Below, piece by piece: positions 26,237 through 39,647 of a stretch of DNA of 64,000 nt. How positions within the stretch are numbered: the stretch's first letter is position 1; each line of letters opens with the position of its first letter. The notes below the pieces were generated by a model. The model worked only from the letters and a program-made list of their open reading frames with translations, was not told the origin of the DNA and made no database searches. Made by a program: the position numbers and the translations under genes. Location of the stretch: assembly GCF_006345805.1 (NCBI RefSeq), contig NC_043010.1:27032001-27096000 (forward strand). The letters are read 5' to 3'. This stretch comes from Octopus sinensis (Eukaryota).

Positions 26237-26869
26237 CCTTCTTCTTCCCTTTTTTCCTGAGCGCCCAATAATACTTTAATTGTTCCACATCCTCGCGTTG
26301 TTGTCTTTTTGTTTTCTTGTTTGGATTAACTTTATATATATATATATCTATACATATGTGTGTGTGTGTGTGTTTGAATATATATATATATATATTTATA
26401 TATATAATAGAAATATGTTACAAAAAGAAAATAGAAACTACACGTGGAAATGTAAGGGGAAAATAAAAAGAAAAATATATATATGTGTATATATATATAT
26501 ACATATATCCTTCGAAACGTAGAGTAGATGAAACCATAGCGACTGAAGAAGGGGTTTTTTCTTTGTGTTAATCGTCCTGTACTCCACTTTTTGTTGTTTT
26601 TAAAAAAATGTCCAGTTCCTTTGGTTTGTGTCTATGTTTTCGTTTCTCTTTGTGTTCGACGTCCCTTTGGTGTCCTGTACTCATATATGCGTGTATATGT
26701 ACATGTAGAGGTAGGTACGTACATATATGTTTATATATATGCATATGTTTTATTTCATTTATTAATATATATATATATATGTATGTGCTCCAATATGGCT
26801 GCAGTCAAATGACTAAAACAAGTAAAAGAGTGGACGATGAGTGTGTATATAAAATCAGTTAATGATGTA

Positions 26870-29800
26870 AAGCTACTAACAGTTTCTAGCTGCAAACACA
26901 CCTGGCTAGGCAGATTTCATAACATGTCTTTTATCTCCAAGCAGTTTGCAGGCACTGAGCATATGGTTTGTTCTATTCGAAATTCAGGATGTTGGTGCAT
27001 GACAAACCACAAGAAAAAATGGGAAGAACATTGATACTAGAAAATGGAATAAGGCAAAGGGTGAATAAAAACAGGAAAAGAAAGGAGGAAAGCAATTTAG
27101 AGTTATGTCTCCTTTGACCAAAGAAGCCATAACTAACCAGTTGTAGAATAATTCAATGGAGAGAGCTCCAAAGTCTACAATCCATAGAGTTATGCAATCC
27201 TCCAGTTTGACAAAAGAAATTTGTCCATATGTTTGCATTTTCTGAAAATTTCAAATATGGGAATTAGTAGTGTAGTGAAATTCTTGGATCTAAACAGAAT
27301 GTATGATCTTTCAGCTATGCATAAGTTACATTTCTTAGATCAACATGAATTTCTACATGTAGTGATAAAGAAGTGATATTAATAAATGTGATGAACCCCA
27401 GTATATATATCAGATCTGTACTTAGCATTTTGGTTATTCTGAACATTGCCAGTTCAGTACCTGAGGATACTCAATATGTTAAGTTTGACATACAGGAGCA
27501 AAACAACTTATATATATAATGGGAACTTCTAACTTTATTGAGCATTCTACATAAAATTAGCCATGAACAAAGCAGGATTCTTCAAAATGGAGTCTAGCAA
27601 CAATTAATGTTTATTATTAGGATTTATAAATTAACATAGTAAAACTTGGTCATTCTGGAAACTGCAGTTTTCTTGTAAATTGGAGGGACATATCTGTTGG
27701 ATTGAGTGGAATTCTAAATATTTTTACATCATCTCCTTTATCATCTTCTAAATATTATTACATCATCATCCAGTGAAAATAGTAGTCTTGATAGCATGTA
27801 GCAGGAAGTTCTTAACAATTAGTCTTGTGCCATTGCATCAATGTCGCTGATCTAAATTTCACAGCAACATTTCTGTAGATCTCGTATTTTGTTATTTTTT
27901 TAACTGAAGTCTGTGTGGTAGTTGATGAATTTGTAAAAAAAACCCTTCAGGTTAGGGAAATTAGTTCTTTTTGATCCACAACACTGTCTATTGATTTGTA
28001 GATATTGATTTGTGGGTATTGATTTGTACCTATGTCTATTTCCTGGAAGTGCCTGCAACAACTTCCATTAAGACTGAAATATTTTCTCTCTCATACAACC
28101 ACTTGTGTTTAATTAATGATGTTGCAAGTTGAAGAATATATTTGATATCAATTCTTCTGCTATCTTAACCACTGTGTTTATAGGGGCTGGGTTCATCGCC
28201 CCATCAAAGAAGGAAGGAAGCATTCCCTTCCCCACTGGTCTCCAAAGTGATGGACACTCCTGCTGGTAAACATTTGGAAGATCTTAACTTACATCCAAAG
28301 CGATGACAAGGCTTTTGATCCTTTGGGGATCAGTGGCAGGATTTGGCAAAAGTCACCTGACGCTAGTGCCAATGCTATTCCTCCCATTTGAGAGCCATTC
28401 TCATACAAGTCTTGGAATGTCCTACTTTAGGCCTCCTGAGCACTATGTGTGCACCATTGTGCATACATCCTAGACTGTTACTTAGTATCTTTTCAAAACT
28501 TGTCCAGTTCTCAAATTTTTAGCAGTATTACAAACAGGTGTAACATTTGTGTTCAATTCCAAGAGGAATTTGTTGTATGGGATCCAGGAAGGAGCTTGGT
28601 ATCAATACTTGAAGAATCAACTGCAATGACTATGTCTTTATGTCAACATTCTTTGACAAGTGATTGGCTGATCATGAATAATTTTACGGTTGCACCACAA
28701 ACATCAAGGAAGGAAATTCCAGCTTCTCATTGCCAAATTCTGTCAAAAGGAACAGACTAGATTGTTCTTTAGCTATCAGGGAGTTTAGATTCATTGCCAT
28801 CATCATATTCTATTAATGTGCTGACATTATATCAGGATTTCATTTCAAAATTTTTGTTACTAGACTTTGGTGTGGTTAGATTGTGGGAAGTTATATTTTT
28901 GACATTCTTGGTTGATGAAAGCTGCCTTGTAGATTTCATCTGTGGTCCCTATTTTCATGCTGTAGTACATATGTTGAACATGATACTTGAAATCTTCAGC
29001 AAGATCATCATGATAATTGATCCAAAGATGAAGTAGATTTGATGGTTCACAATGTTTTAACAGCACAGTGAAACGAACTCAAAGATTCTTGGTACTTTGG
29101 AATTCAGAAAATTCTGATTATGTCATATTCCACTGGATATCATTCTCCCACAATCCAAATATAAAGCATATGTCTTCTTCAGGTGGTGCAAACTTGCAAA
29201 CTTTGTAACTAACTGAATGAAGATCTTGAAATGAATTTAAACTTTGCACTTTATAAAGAAGTGATGAAAAGAGCCTTCATGTTGACTGGTGTGTACATTA
29301 TATTCTCTTCCATTGGCACTATCAAGTTGGCATTTGATAGGGTCACCTTGCTTTCTTCCTCCCAATTGCTTGTTATTTCATATTTAGTAAGACAGAACCT
29401 AATGGTACAGCAACATTTTTATTTTGAAATGGATCATATTGGAACAGCTTAAAAAAAAATGCTCTGAGAATTGTTTCCTTTGGATTTTGTGCTTTCTGTG
29501 ATGTAGACACTTGAGTAAAGTAAAGCTTGCTACCATTTTTCAAAAGAGACAGTAAGTTGAATGCTGGGATATCTTTATGAACGAACAAGAAAATAACAAA
29601 TTGCCAGAAAGTCTTGCTGTTAATGTATTATCCTTGCAGGAACCAGGATACTTCATTGCAGCTGTTTTACTGCAGCAGAACAGACTTTGCTCCTGTCTAA
29701 GATACTCTGGTAGTATTTTTTACAGACATATTTTGGTTTATCTTGTTCCTCCTCCTCTTGTCTCAGTCTGTGGTGAGTGATACATTCTCCATCAGAGTAA

Positions 29801-30330
29801 GACTCGTTATTCACAACCATCTGTTTATCACTCCTTCTGATGAGAATTAATCTATCTAACCTACATCACCTGATTCATAGATGATCTGGCTACAGATTGG
29901 TTTCCTGAAATTAGTGTTGGAAATGGTTTGATGATTTGCATCACAGAACTCTGATAGCTTTGATCCCTTCTTGATATGGTTTGGCTGAGTGTCCTCTATT
30001 AAGCTTCTTTATATTAAAGCATCTGCTGGACCATTTTTGTACTAGCTAACCTTTTCATCTACTCTTTTAACATGAACACAACATTCAAAGTACTGCCAAA
30101 ATATTGCCTGAGATTATACTGAAGGGCCTATATCTTCACAGAAGTACAAAGCAGCCTCCATACCCACTGCAAGATGTGAACTTTATTCTCTCTGCATTCT
30201 TCTATCTACTATTTTATTCCTTTTTAAACTGAATCTTTCATATACATTCACCTTGTTTCTGATGACCCAGTGTATAGAGATGTTAGGCTATCACTTGGGA
30301 TAATCCAGAAGGAGCTGTAAGACATCCAAT
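26870..30330 (-). mobile_element. Heavily decayed Helitron RepHel coding region
   Basis: Minus-strand remnants in Helitron order: HLWINYHDDLAEDF, ISFLDVCGATVKLF (Walker A relic), IVIAVDSSSIDTKLLPG, DVCTMVH, SGDFCQILPLIPKG; many stops. Confidence 0.8.
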
Positions 30331-30733
30331 AATTAATTAATTAATTAACTAGTTAATTAATTACCTCAAATTCACCTTACTCTAATTAAATATTCTAAAT
30401 GACCTGAGATACTCATCCTGCTTTGGTTTTTGTTGTCCTTTTTCCTCTAACACACACGCATACACACACACACACACACATATATATATGTATGTATGTT
30501 TGTATGTGTATATGTATATATACATACCGATCATGTCTGATAATTAAGTTTAATAAGTATCCAATGAAGATACCATTTCTCACTACTTCACTATTTCAAC
30601 CATGCATGATTATATACAAGTCTTGTGTAATTTTTCACACATAACTCTAAATGTGGAATGGGATTTGAAATAGAATGCTACAGAAACAAATGTAATGAAT
30701 ATTAAACTTATGTTATACTTTTATCTTTGTTTT

Positions 30734-30775
<42 letters not shown>

Positions 30776-30920
30776 TGCAGGAGTGGCTGGTGTGGTAAGT
30801 AGCTTGCTTACCAAAAACATGGTTCCGGGTGCAGTCCCACTGCAGGTGTCTTCTACTATAGCCTCGGGCCAACCAAAGCCTTGTAAATGGATTTGGTTGA
30901 TGGAAACTGAAAGAAGCCCG

Positions 30921-30956
<36 letters not shown>

Positions 30957-31195
30957 GTATATATATTTGTGTATATGTTTGTGTGTCTGTGTTTGTCCCC
31001 TCAACATTGCTTGACAATTGATGCTGGTGTGTTTACATCCCTGTAACTTAGCAGTTCGGCAAAAGAGACCGATAGAATAAGTACTAGGCTTACAAAGAAT
31101 AAGTCCTGGGGTCAATTTGCTTGACTAAAGGCAGTATTCCAGCATGGCCACAGTCAAATGACTGAAACAAGTAAAAGAGTATATATATATATATA

Positions 31196-32188
31196 TCTAT
31201 ATATATAAAACTGTAGTTGTGTGAGTGTCTGTCCCCTTCGATTTAGATTCTTAACTACTCCCACATTTTGCGGTGCAGTTTAACCAAATTCGGGTATCTT
31301 ATAGTCGTGATTCATATTGAGCCCGTCTGGCTATAAGCGCGCGTCTACAATGAGTCTATGATTTAAAAAATAATTTAACATCATTTTTTATTCCATTTTA
31401 ATGCATATTTTTTCGTGTGTCGATGGCGGCGGAGTTGGCGTCCACACTCACGCCTGCACCTGTGTTGCTTCTCCCCCTTCATCCCTCCCTCGTGAAGCTG
31501 TGGGGAAGGGAGTGTAAGGAAATCAACGTCGTAATGCGTTGTCAAGGAGACCAGCGTTCTTTTAGAACAACGACTTCATGGCTTGAAGTCGCCAAAACAG
31601 AAATCGCTAAAAAAGCTGAAACAGATCCACAAAAACGGCAATTACCGCCACACAGGGCAGGTTTCCTGTGCAAACAATTTGCACAACCGAATGTTTTAGT
31701 TGTTGCACAAATCTTTATATATAAAAGTAAGGTTGTGTGTCTGTCTCCTACAATTTAGATTCCTAACTACTCTCACATTTTGCGGTGCAGTTTAACCAAA
31801 ACCCGGTATCTTATAGTCGTGATTCATATCGAGCCCTTCTGGATATTAGCGCGTGTCTACGATGAGTCTACGATTTAATAAAAAATTTACCATAATTTTT
31901 TATTCCATTTTAATGCATTTTTCGCTATTATATAAGGGAAATAACTCTCTAAAAATGTCTACGATTTAATAAAAAATTACCATAATTTTTTATTCCATTT
32001 TTAATGCATTTTTCGCTATTATATAAGGGAAGTAACTCTCTAAAAATGTCTACGATGAGTCAACGATTTAAAAAAAAAATTACCATCATTTTTTATTCCA
32101 TTTTTAATGCATTTTTTGCTATAACTCACTAAAAATGCTTATATAGTTATTTCCCTTACAAACCCAAGCAACGCCGGGCGATACTGCT

Positions 32189-32190
<2 letters not shown>
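31196..32190 (+). mobile_element. Non-autonomous Helitron-type element (two tandem 5' modules, internal about 80-bp repeats)
   Basis: 5' TC starts tctatatatataaaa at 31196 and tctttatatataaaa at about 31711; 3' imperfect hairpin cccaagcaacgccggg followed by terminal CTAG at 32187-32190. Confidence 0.8.
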
Positions 32191-32234
<44 letters not shown>

Positions 32235-32288
32235 TAATATATATATATATATATACTTTATTTAAAGCAGCAGAAAATTCAACAAAAT

Positions 32289-32326
32289 CTGTTACTCTGA
32301 GTTTCTCGTTGCCGTTCATCAGACAG
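32289..32326 (-). ncRNA. Minimal type I hammerhead ribozyme candidate, intact core
   Basis: Minus strand: CUGU CUGAUGA A CG gcaa CG A GAAA C ucaga G UA^ ACAG, followed by a tail of about 45 nt and (TA)n. Confidence 0.6.
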
Positions 32327-33444
32327 TTTTTGCTATAATGGAACCGATATATCAATTCAATCCAGACTCTTACAAACGCTACACCTTTAAAAAAATGGAC
32401 TTGTTTGATTGGCCCTTTAGAAATAACAGTCAATCTTCGAGCGATAAACAAAAAAGGAGCTCAAAAATATATGTATATATATATAAAAAAATTATAAAAA
32501 TTATAAAATTCGAGGAAAAAACCTTACATTGAATAAAATACATATTGACGTTAATGAAGAAAATATAATTAATGCATGGAAATAAAACGCATTATAAATA
32601 TTACACTGCAATACATATTCATATTAAAGTGTACATATATATATCAACATACACAGAAGGATGCGTGCAAATGCCATACATGTACAGACGTATAAATATA
32701 ACTCTAAAATATACACACAAATGCATGCATACATATATGTATGCAATCTATCTCGCACGCAAGTTAAAATCATCGGAGTAAAGCTTAAGTAAGGGGGACG
32801 TAAAGTTGTATCAGTATCAGTTAGAGAAAAAAACGAAAGAAAGGAAGAGAGAGAAAAAGGAACGGAGAAGGGGGAAGGAAAAAAGAAAAAGGAGGGGTGG
32901 GGGGAAAAAACGAAATAAGAAAAATTATGTATACAAGCTGTGTAACCGCATTATTGACATATATGGAGACAAGTATACAAATACACAAGTTCGAATGGAT
33001 ACATACACATACAGTCGTGTATGTGTGTGCTTAAGCACAAACATACGCTCACTTACACATACACAGAGACGCATGCTTACAAATACATATCCATGGCTAT
33101 ACACATATTTACATCAAAATTCTAATTTTTGACAACATTGCTTTTTAAAAAAAGGTGAGTGCAATAATGAAAAATATACAAAAGACATATAAAATATAAC
33201 ACCCTATTTTGGATCATCTATAAATTAAAAATCAAGGTAATCCTATACAATACAATAACATGAAATAAACAAAGCCGAAGGTTTTTCCTAATGTATATGT
33301 AGAAATATAAACAAAATATATGCATGAGACTTTGCTATACGGAATGAAATCTGCATAGCGCGAAACAAATCCATCGTCGCATTTACATACTAGTCCAAAA
33401 GTCAAAATCAAAATTTCAAAAATCAAAAATACAAAATATATTCT

Positions 33445-35250
33445 CTATCCATATGGTATATTTATATTTGACATTTTAAATTTGGTTGCGTGTCTACATA
33501 AGTTCATTAGCTCACTTCTTTGATTCAAAGAATTATTGTCTTTGAATAAAATATACAGTCTCTCTAATAGGCAAAGCTTGCATTTAAAATTATTTCTGTG
33601 TGCTCCATGCCTGTATGGTGCCGCTCTGTCCAGAATGCTCCATGTCACGTTGAAAGGTTGAAAGGTGGGGTTTCCTTTTCTTTTAGTTCCCAGACATATT
33701 TTGCTAGGCTGGTCCTCTTCCTATTCTCTGGGTATCTAAATGAATTTTTATGTGAATAAAATCGTGCTTTAAATGAATTTTCTGCAGCCCCTGTATATGT
33801 CTTGTATTCCGATGAGCCTTCTATTTGCACCTTGGCTCTATAAACTACTTCTTTCACTAGACATTTCCCTTCTAACGGACAGGAGTTTTCGTTTTTGAAA
33901 TTGCATTTCTTAATGGGCTCGGCACCATGTCTAATCTCAATCAGATTCCTATTATGCTGGCTAATGTAAGAGGCGAAATTTCTGCAACAAGAATAGCTAA
34001 CCTTCAGGGTTCTTCTATTAAATATCCTATAGAATTTATGGCCCTGCTTAAAATGCTTAGAGACTAATCTCAAAATTTCCTTACCTATATTAGTCTTTAC
34101 GGCCAAATTGAACCACAAAACTTTCCTGGTCCTAGTTCTTCATGCAGCATTATTATCAGCATTAAGCTGGCTGTATTGGATCTTCTCAGAGAATCCACTA
34201 TTCTTTAATGCGCTATCGTAATAAGGTGCAGCATTATGGAATGCTGCCTCATCCGAAGAAATTGAAGATATTCTTCTACCTACATTGCTGACTAAGTTCC
34301 TAAGGATAACTGGTGGATGGTTCGAATCTTTGCTAATATATGATAGCTTTTCATTGGGCTTACGGAAAGGTTTAAATCTATCCGACCTTACATTAAAATT
34401 TACGTCTAAAAAATCTACACTATTCAGGTTAGCATCTATTGTAACCCGTAAGCCCATCCTTTGAAAGAAAGCAATAAGGTCCTTCCTAAGTCTATCTGAT
34501 TCATGGCCGTTTAGATTATGCATGGCTATAAGGCCGTCATCCCTATATAAACCTGCATCTATAAATGGGAATTCTATTTTTAGATTATGGAGAATAAAGG
34601 CTCCTATGAGCATACATAACTCAGCCCCGTCGTATGCCCCCATCGGTACATCGAAAAGAGAATCCTCAGTCTTCTTAATCCAGGTGGAATCCTTGAAAAA
34701 AAGAAGCGATTTCCTCGCATGCATAATAATATCAATTTCTGAGCTATCGATGCTGACATACTGCTTGGCGAAGTCCAATGCCATTAGGAGCAACGTCCTA
34801 GATATTGACGGGTAAAAGTCAATAATGTCGAATTGTGTGAAACTACAATTATTCTTATAGCTAATACCTTTAAACCACTCTATGACTGACTTACTATTCT
34901 TCCAAATTCTCAAGTCTACTTCACTATCTAACTTAGCTAAAATATGGTCCAAAATATTTTTGCTAATAATTCCTATCTCAGTTTTAGCCAGATTTATCAA
35001 TCTACATTTGGGGTTTCTATTAAAATTGGCTTTATGGTCTTTTAGAGTAATAAAAGCTGGTCGTGGTGAAAGATATTCAATCCTATCGCTAATCTTAAGA
35101 TCGTTAGCTATTCCTCTTGCTTCTAAGTTCACCTCTTTGTATATATTCATGTTATCTTTTTTGTATGTATCTGTGACACTATTCGAAATTAGGCGCTTAT
35201 AAACGTCCTTATCAAGTGCATATAAGTTCCTTGTCTTATCGTATATATAT
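33445..35250 (-). mobile_element. Penelope-like element (RT plus C-terminal GIY-YIG), 5'-truncated, two frameshifts
   Basis: ORF 34140-35366 has FDIIDFYPSI, PMGAYDGAELC, YRDDG and FLDV. ORF 33645-34118 has CPLEGKC..VVYRA..TYTGAAENSFKARFYSH. ORF 33445-33648 has CKLCLLE...LNQRSELMNLCRH. Confidence 0.95.
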
Positions 35251-35252
35251 AT

Positions 35253-35865
35253 ACGAGGAGGTCCGATCAGTAAGTATCCAGACTCTTGCCATAGTAACAA
35301 AGCTAAAGCATGCAGAGTAAAGCCGCTTGGCAAAGATAGACCTTGAATTCTGCTGTGCTTGCGCACTAAATTTTAATGTTCTAACTCACTTCGGTTGTTT
35401 ACAGCAGTACTTGGAAAAAAGGTGTATAGTGTGTGATTGTTGCATTGACCATGACAGAGAAAATTGTCATGGCAACACTTGCTTTGAGACCTTCACAAAG
35501 TTGCAGAAAGTGTATGGAGAAGAGTGTATGAGGGGTTCAGATGTTTCGAAGATGGCCAAGAAAATGTCAATATTGACAAACATTCTGGGAGACATGCAAC
35601 CAGCAGAACTGAGAAAAACATCACAGATTGCATGCAACTATGAGGGGAAATTGTCGAATCACCATCCGTGAGTTATCAGATGATGTGCAGATTAGTTACA
35701 GTTCAGTTCAGTCTATTATCACTGAAGATTTGAACATGAGATGTGTGTCTGCCAAGCTTGCGCCAAAACTACTTTCAGCTAACTAAAAAGACACTCAGGT
35801 TTTGGTTGCACAAGATCTCCTTGATTGTGTCAAGAATGATGAAAGCTTTTTGAAAACTTTGTGTA
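35253..35865 (+). mobile_element. mariner element, 5' part
   Basis: TA-CGAGG..TCCGATCAGTAAGTATCC TIR; ETFTKLQKVYGEECM and IRELSDDVQISYSSVQSIITEDLNMRCVSAKLAPKLL (HTH to WVPREL-like). Confidence 0.8.
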
Positions 35866-35869
35866 GGTC

Positions 35870-36606
35870 TCTGTTGTAGACCTCGGCCTCTGTATAGATC
35901 TCAGCATCACGATGGCCCCAAAACTTGGTGCATATGTTGTTCTTTGTGTCCCTGGGAATATCTTCAAACAACTTGGCCACCAGCTTGGTTTTGTTGCTGT
36001 AAACATGGCAGTTGATATCTTTCTTAACTGGGCCCCACTCATTAGGAAGCCAGAGACTGGGGCTGAGGAAATTGTAGGAATTCTCAGAGAACCACTTCTG
36101 AGTTTTTCTGTAAGTATGGCAAAGAGCCAATTTCTGCTGCTACACATGGCCTTCCAACAGTAACCCTTTGTAAACAGGGATTGACCACAGTCTCCAGCAG
36201 CTTCTCATATCTGTCTGAACTGTGCCTAAGACCCTGTTCAAATATATAAGGATGTATTCTGGCATGCAGATACAATCAGAACACCTGCTTGTGTCCCTTC
36301 CTGCTGGCCAAAGTTTTATAGTCTCCATTGCAACTGTCCATGTCACATTTTACAGCCTTTAAAGTGTTCACAGAGAATTGAGCAGCAGTCACAATGTTAG
36401 TATTTTGATGGCTGGTGCCAGTCATCATGATACAGGTAATTCTTTTCCAACATTCAGATGGCTTCCAGTCCTTCATATCAGCTAAAATTTTTTTCAGCAA
36501 CAACTTTGATCTTTATACTCTCCAATGCCATTTATTGTTCATCAATACATCAAGCTGTTTCAGAAAAAAAGATACATGAAATATCCAATTTAGACCAAAC
36601 ACCCTG
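35870..36606 (-). mobile_element. Second Tc1/mariner-superfamily relic (maT/DD37D-like)
   Basis: TA-CAGGGTGT terminus at 36606; IFEQGLRHSSDRYEKLLETVVNP..GRP and CHTYRKTQKWFSENSYNFLSPSLWLPN. Confidence 0.7.
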
Positions 36607-36625
36607 TATACATGTATATATATAA

Positions 36626-36681
<56 letters not shown>

Positions 36682-37139
36682 CAAAAGAGGGAGTGGATAT
36701 CCATGCAGAAAAATATAGGCAAATTTGTTGTTGAAAATGTACCTAAATTTGAAAAACTTGTAATTGTTTAAAATACATTTTATTTACATATATACCAAAC
36801 TAGTTTCAACAATATATATTTTTTGTTTATCAATGGTAAAAATTTAGAATTATGAATTAGATAAACATCTTTAAATGTTTCAATGTTGACAAATTTAAAT
36901 GTTCATAACAGGTAAATTTAGAGTTATGAATTAGAAAAACATGTTAAAATATTTTGATGTTGACAAGTTTAAATGTTCTTAACAGTCAATAATATTAAAG
37001 CTGTGCATCAATTTGTTTGAATGTACAGAGCTCATAAGTGTTAGTAGTAATCAACAAGAAATGAATATCATCAAAGTTTCAATCATACTGAGTTAAGAGG
37101 GGGAAAAAAACAAGGGAGAAATGAAGATAGTAAAAAAAG

Positions 37140-37466
37140 TCAGGTCAAACTTTTACCATAAAAAATCACTGTGCTTCGAAGAATTTAATCTATGTTCTTA
37201 AACATGGAGGATGTATTGGAGACTACATAGGTCAAACTAGTTTGACCTTGAGGAACAGATTAATGGTGCACAGGCAACAAATCCGGGATGCCATGACTAC
37301 GAAAATTCCCATAAGCAAACACCTAGACCAATGCCCCGTAAACATAAGCCTAAAATACCAGATCTTCCCTCTCTATCAATGCATCGGAAACACTTCAATC
37401 CAATTCCATTTACATAAGGAAAGCATACGCATTAAAAAATATAAACCACAGCTGAACATCCTTTAG
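37140..37466 (+). mobile_element. Penelope-like GIY-YIG endonuclease fragment (second lineage)
   Basis: Open frame SGQTFTIKNHCASKNLIYVLKHGGCIGDYIGQTSLTLRNRLMVHRQQI...KESIRIKKYKPQLN; the IY...YIG motif with downstream R and E is present. Confidence 0.85.
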
Positions 37467-38017
37467 AAAGAAGAAAAAACACTAAAGAAAAAAGGAAAAA
37501 AGACAATTTCTCCACAAAAAAACAACCAGGAACAACAAACAATTTTAAAAACTTTAGTAACAGTCTTCCACCCGGGTTTCGAAACTGTAACTCCAAATCC
37601 CCATGTGTTATTACACCATACAAACACCAGTTGCTAATGTCACCTATCTCTGACCAATGAAATTTTGCATACACCAATTGCTGACGTCACCTAACTCTAG
37701 ACCAATCAAAACTGAACTTCAACAAATACAACAAAATGACCCTTTAAGAGAATCACCCAATCAGAGCAACTGATGACCGTTCCCAACAGGGAAGGCTTCC
37801 AGGCAGAACAACAAAGTTGACTGCCAATAAGACAAGACGAGACCAATACTTTAATGATCAGATATCAGATCCGCTTGCAGATAAAAATTATAATTACACC
37901 AGATTCCAAAACACACCATTACAAGCAAAAGTTCCTACACACGATGGAAAAAGGATCAGAGAAATTGTAAATCAAATCCCTTTTTTTACTATCTTCATTT
38001 CTCCCTTGTTTTTTTTT

Positions 38018-38834
38018 GGATCTTTTCAGTTTGAATGGCAGTTTTTAACATAATTTCTAGGTAACTAAAAAATTTTAAACTTCATATACTGTTAGAATGT
38101 GTTTATAAAACATCATTTTCTTTTGGCTTTCTTGAGAAAATTCTGTAGTTTGTAACATATTTCGTCTTTAATTTCTTGCATTTCGGCAATTTTAACCAAT
38201 CAATGACCGTCTATTGAGGTGAAAGCATTCTGTGCTGTATGAATATGTCCCTCGTTTAAGAAACAGATTGGGTTTATTTACATTTGTGAAGAAAAAAAGA
38301 TACCCTTACCCCACCCATAACCCTAACCCTAACTAACCCTAAATCTAAAATAGATTGAAATGCAATAGATCGATTCTAGGGTCATAATTATGGGTGACAA
38401 TTTCATATGACACCGCTAGAGAAAATGGCAGTTTTTTCTAGCGGTGTCATATGAAATTGTCACCCATAATTATGACCCTAGTATCGATCTATTGCATTTC
38501 AATCTATTTTAGATTTAGGGTTAGTTAGGGTTAGGGGTGGGGGAAGGGTATCATTTTTTTCTTCACAAATGTAAATAAACCCAATCTGTTTCTTAAACGA
38601 GGGACATATTCATACAGCACGGAATGTTGTTTACGTAAATGGAGGTAATCGATTGGTTAAAATTGCCGAAATGCTAGAAATTAAAGATGAAATATGTTAC
38701 AAACTATAGAATTTTCTCAAGAAAGCCAAGAGAAAATGTTGTTTTATAAACACATTCTACCAGTATACGAAGTTTAAAATTTTTAGTTACCTAGAAATTA
38801 TGTTAAAAACTACCATTCTAACCGAAAAGATCCC
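38018..38834. mobile_element. 817-bp palindromic element with telomere-like TAACCC/GGGTTA arrays
   Basis: GGATCTTTTC...GAAAAGATCC ends, arms of about 400 bp, centre near 38428; taaccctaaccctaactaaccc mirrored by gggttagttagggttaggg. Confidence 0.85.
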
Positions 38835-39598
38835 TTTTTTCCCCCCTCTTAACTCAGTATGAAACTTTGATGATATTCATTTCTTGTTGATCTCACTTAT
38901 GAGCTTTGTACATTTAAACTTATCAACATTGAAATTTTTTAACATGTTTTTCTAATTCATAACTCTAAATTTACCTGTTATGAACATTTAAATTTGTCAA
39001 CATTGAAACATTTAAAGATGTTTTTCTAATTCATAATTCTAAATTTTTACCATTGATAAACAAAAAATATATATTGTTGAAACTAGTTTGGTATATATGT
39101 AAATAAAATGTATTTTAAACAATTACAAGTTTTTCGAATTTAGATGCATTTTCAACAACAAATTTTGTGTATGCATATGTGTGTGTGTACATATATATAT
39201 ATATATATATACGCACATATATATACATATATAGAATTACACAGACACACACACATACTTGTATGCATAATATGTATATTTATTTATGTATGTTTTTCCT
39301 TGTCTCTTTTCAAAGACTGGAAAATATATGGAACAGGAAGACTCATGCAAAGAGAAAGTAATCAAAGATATCCATGTGACATTTTACCCCACTGCTAGAG
39401 AACAGTCTCGTTAACAAAGAATATTATGGATAATTAGAAAAATAAATCTATTCTGTTGGGTTTAATTTTCGTTTGCTGATTTCTGAAACATAGGCATTTC
39501 TTTAAAGCTTATAGAGAATATATGTCTCTAAGTATGTATGAATGTGTGTGTGCATGCATGTGTGTATGTATATATATATATATATATTAAGTATATAT

Positions 39599-39632
<34 letters not shown>

Positions 39633-39647
39633 GGAAAAAAGCAACTT

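Larger units (their letters stand above)
36721..39163. repeat. Outer inverted repeat (36721-37140 versus 37977-38017 plus 38835-39163) enclosing a Penelope fragment
   Basis: aaatttgttgttgaaaatg at 36721 mirrors cattttcaacaacaaattt ending near 39163; the right arm is split by the 38018-38834 palindrome. Confidence 0.85.

Noticed and set aside
26511-26556. Permuted hammerhead halves (ccttcGAAAcgta ... CUGAAGAagggg)
   Set aside because: Stem I cannot be formed convincingly in this arrangement; probably rearranged terminal-repeat debris.
33280-33420. Expected HHR downstream of the 33-35 kb Penelope element
   Set aside because: No intact CUGANGA/GAAA pair was found by eye.
38315-38345. True telomere or interstitial fusion site
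   Set aside because: Only a few imperfect TAACCC units, mirrored inside a palindromic mobile element.
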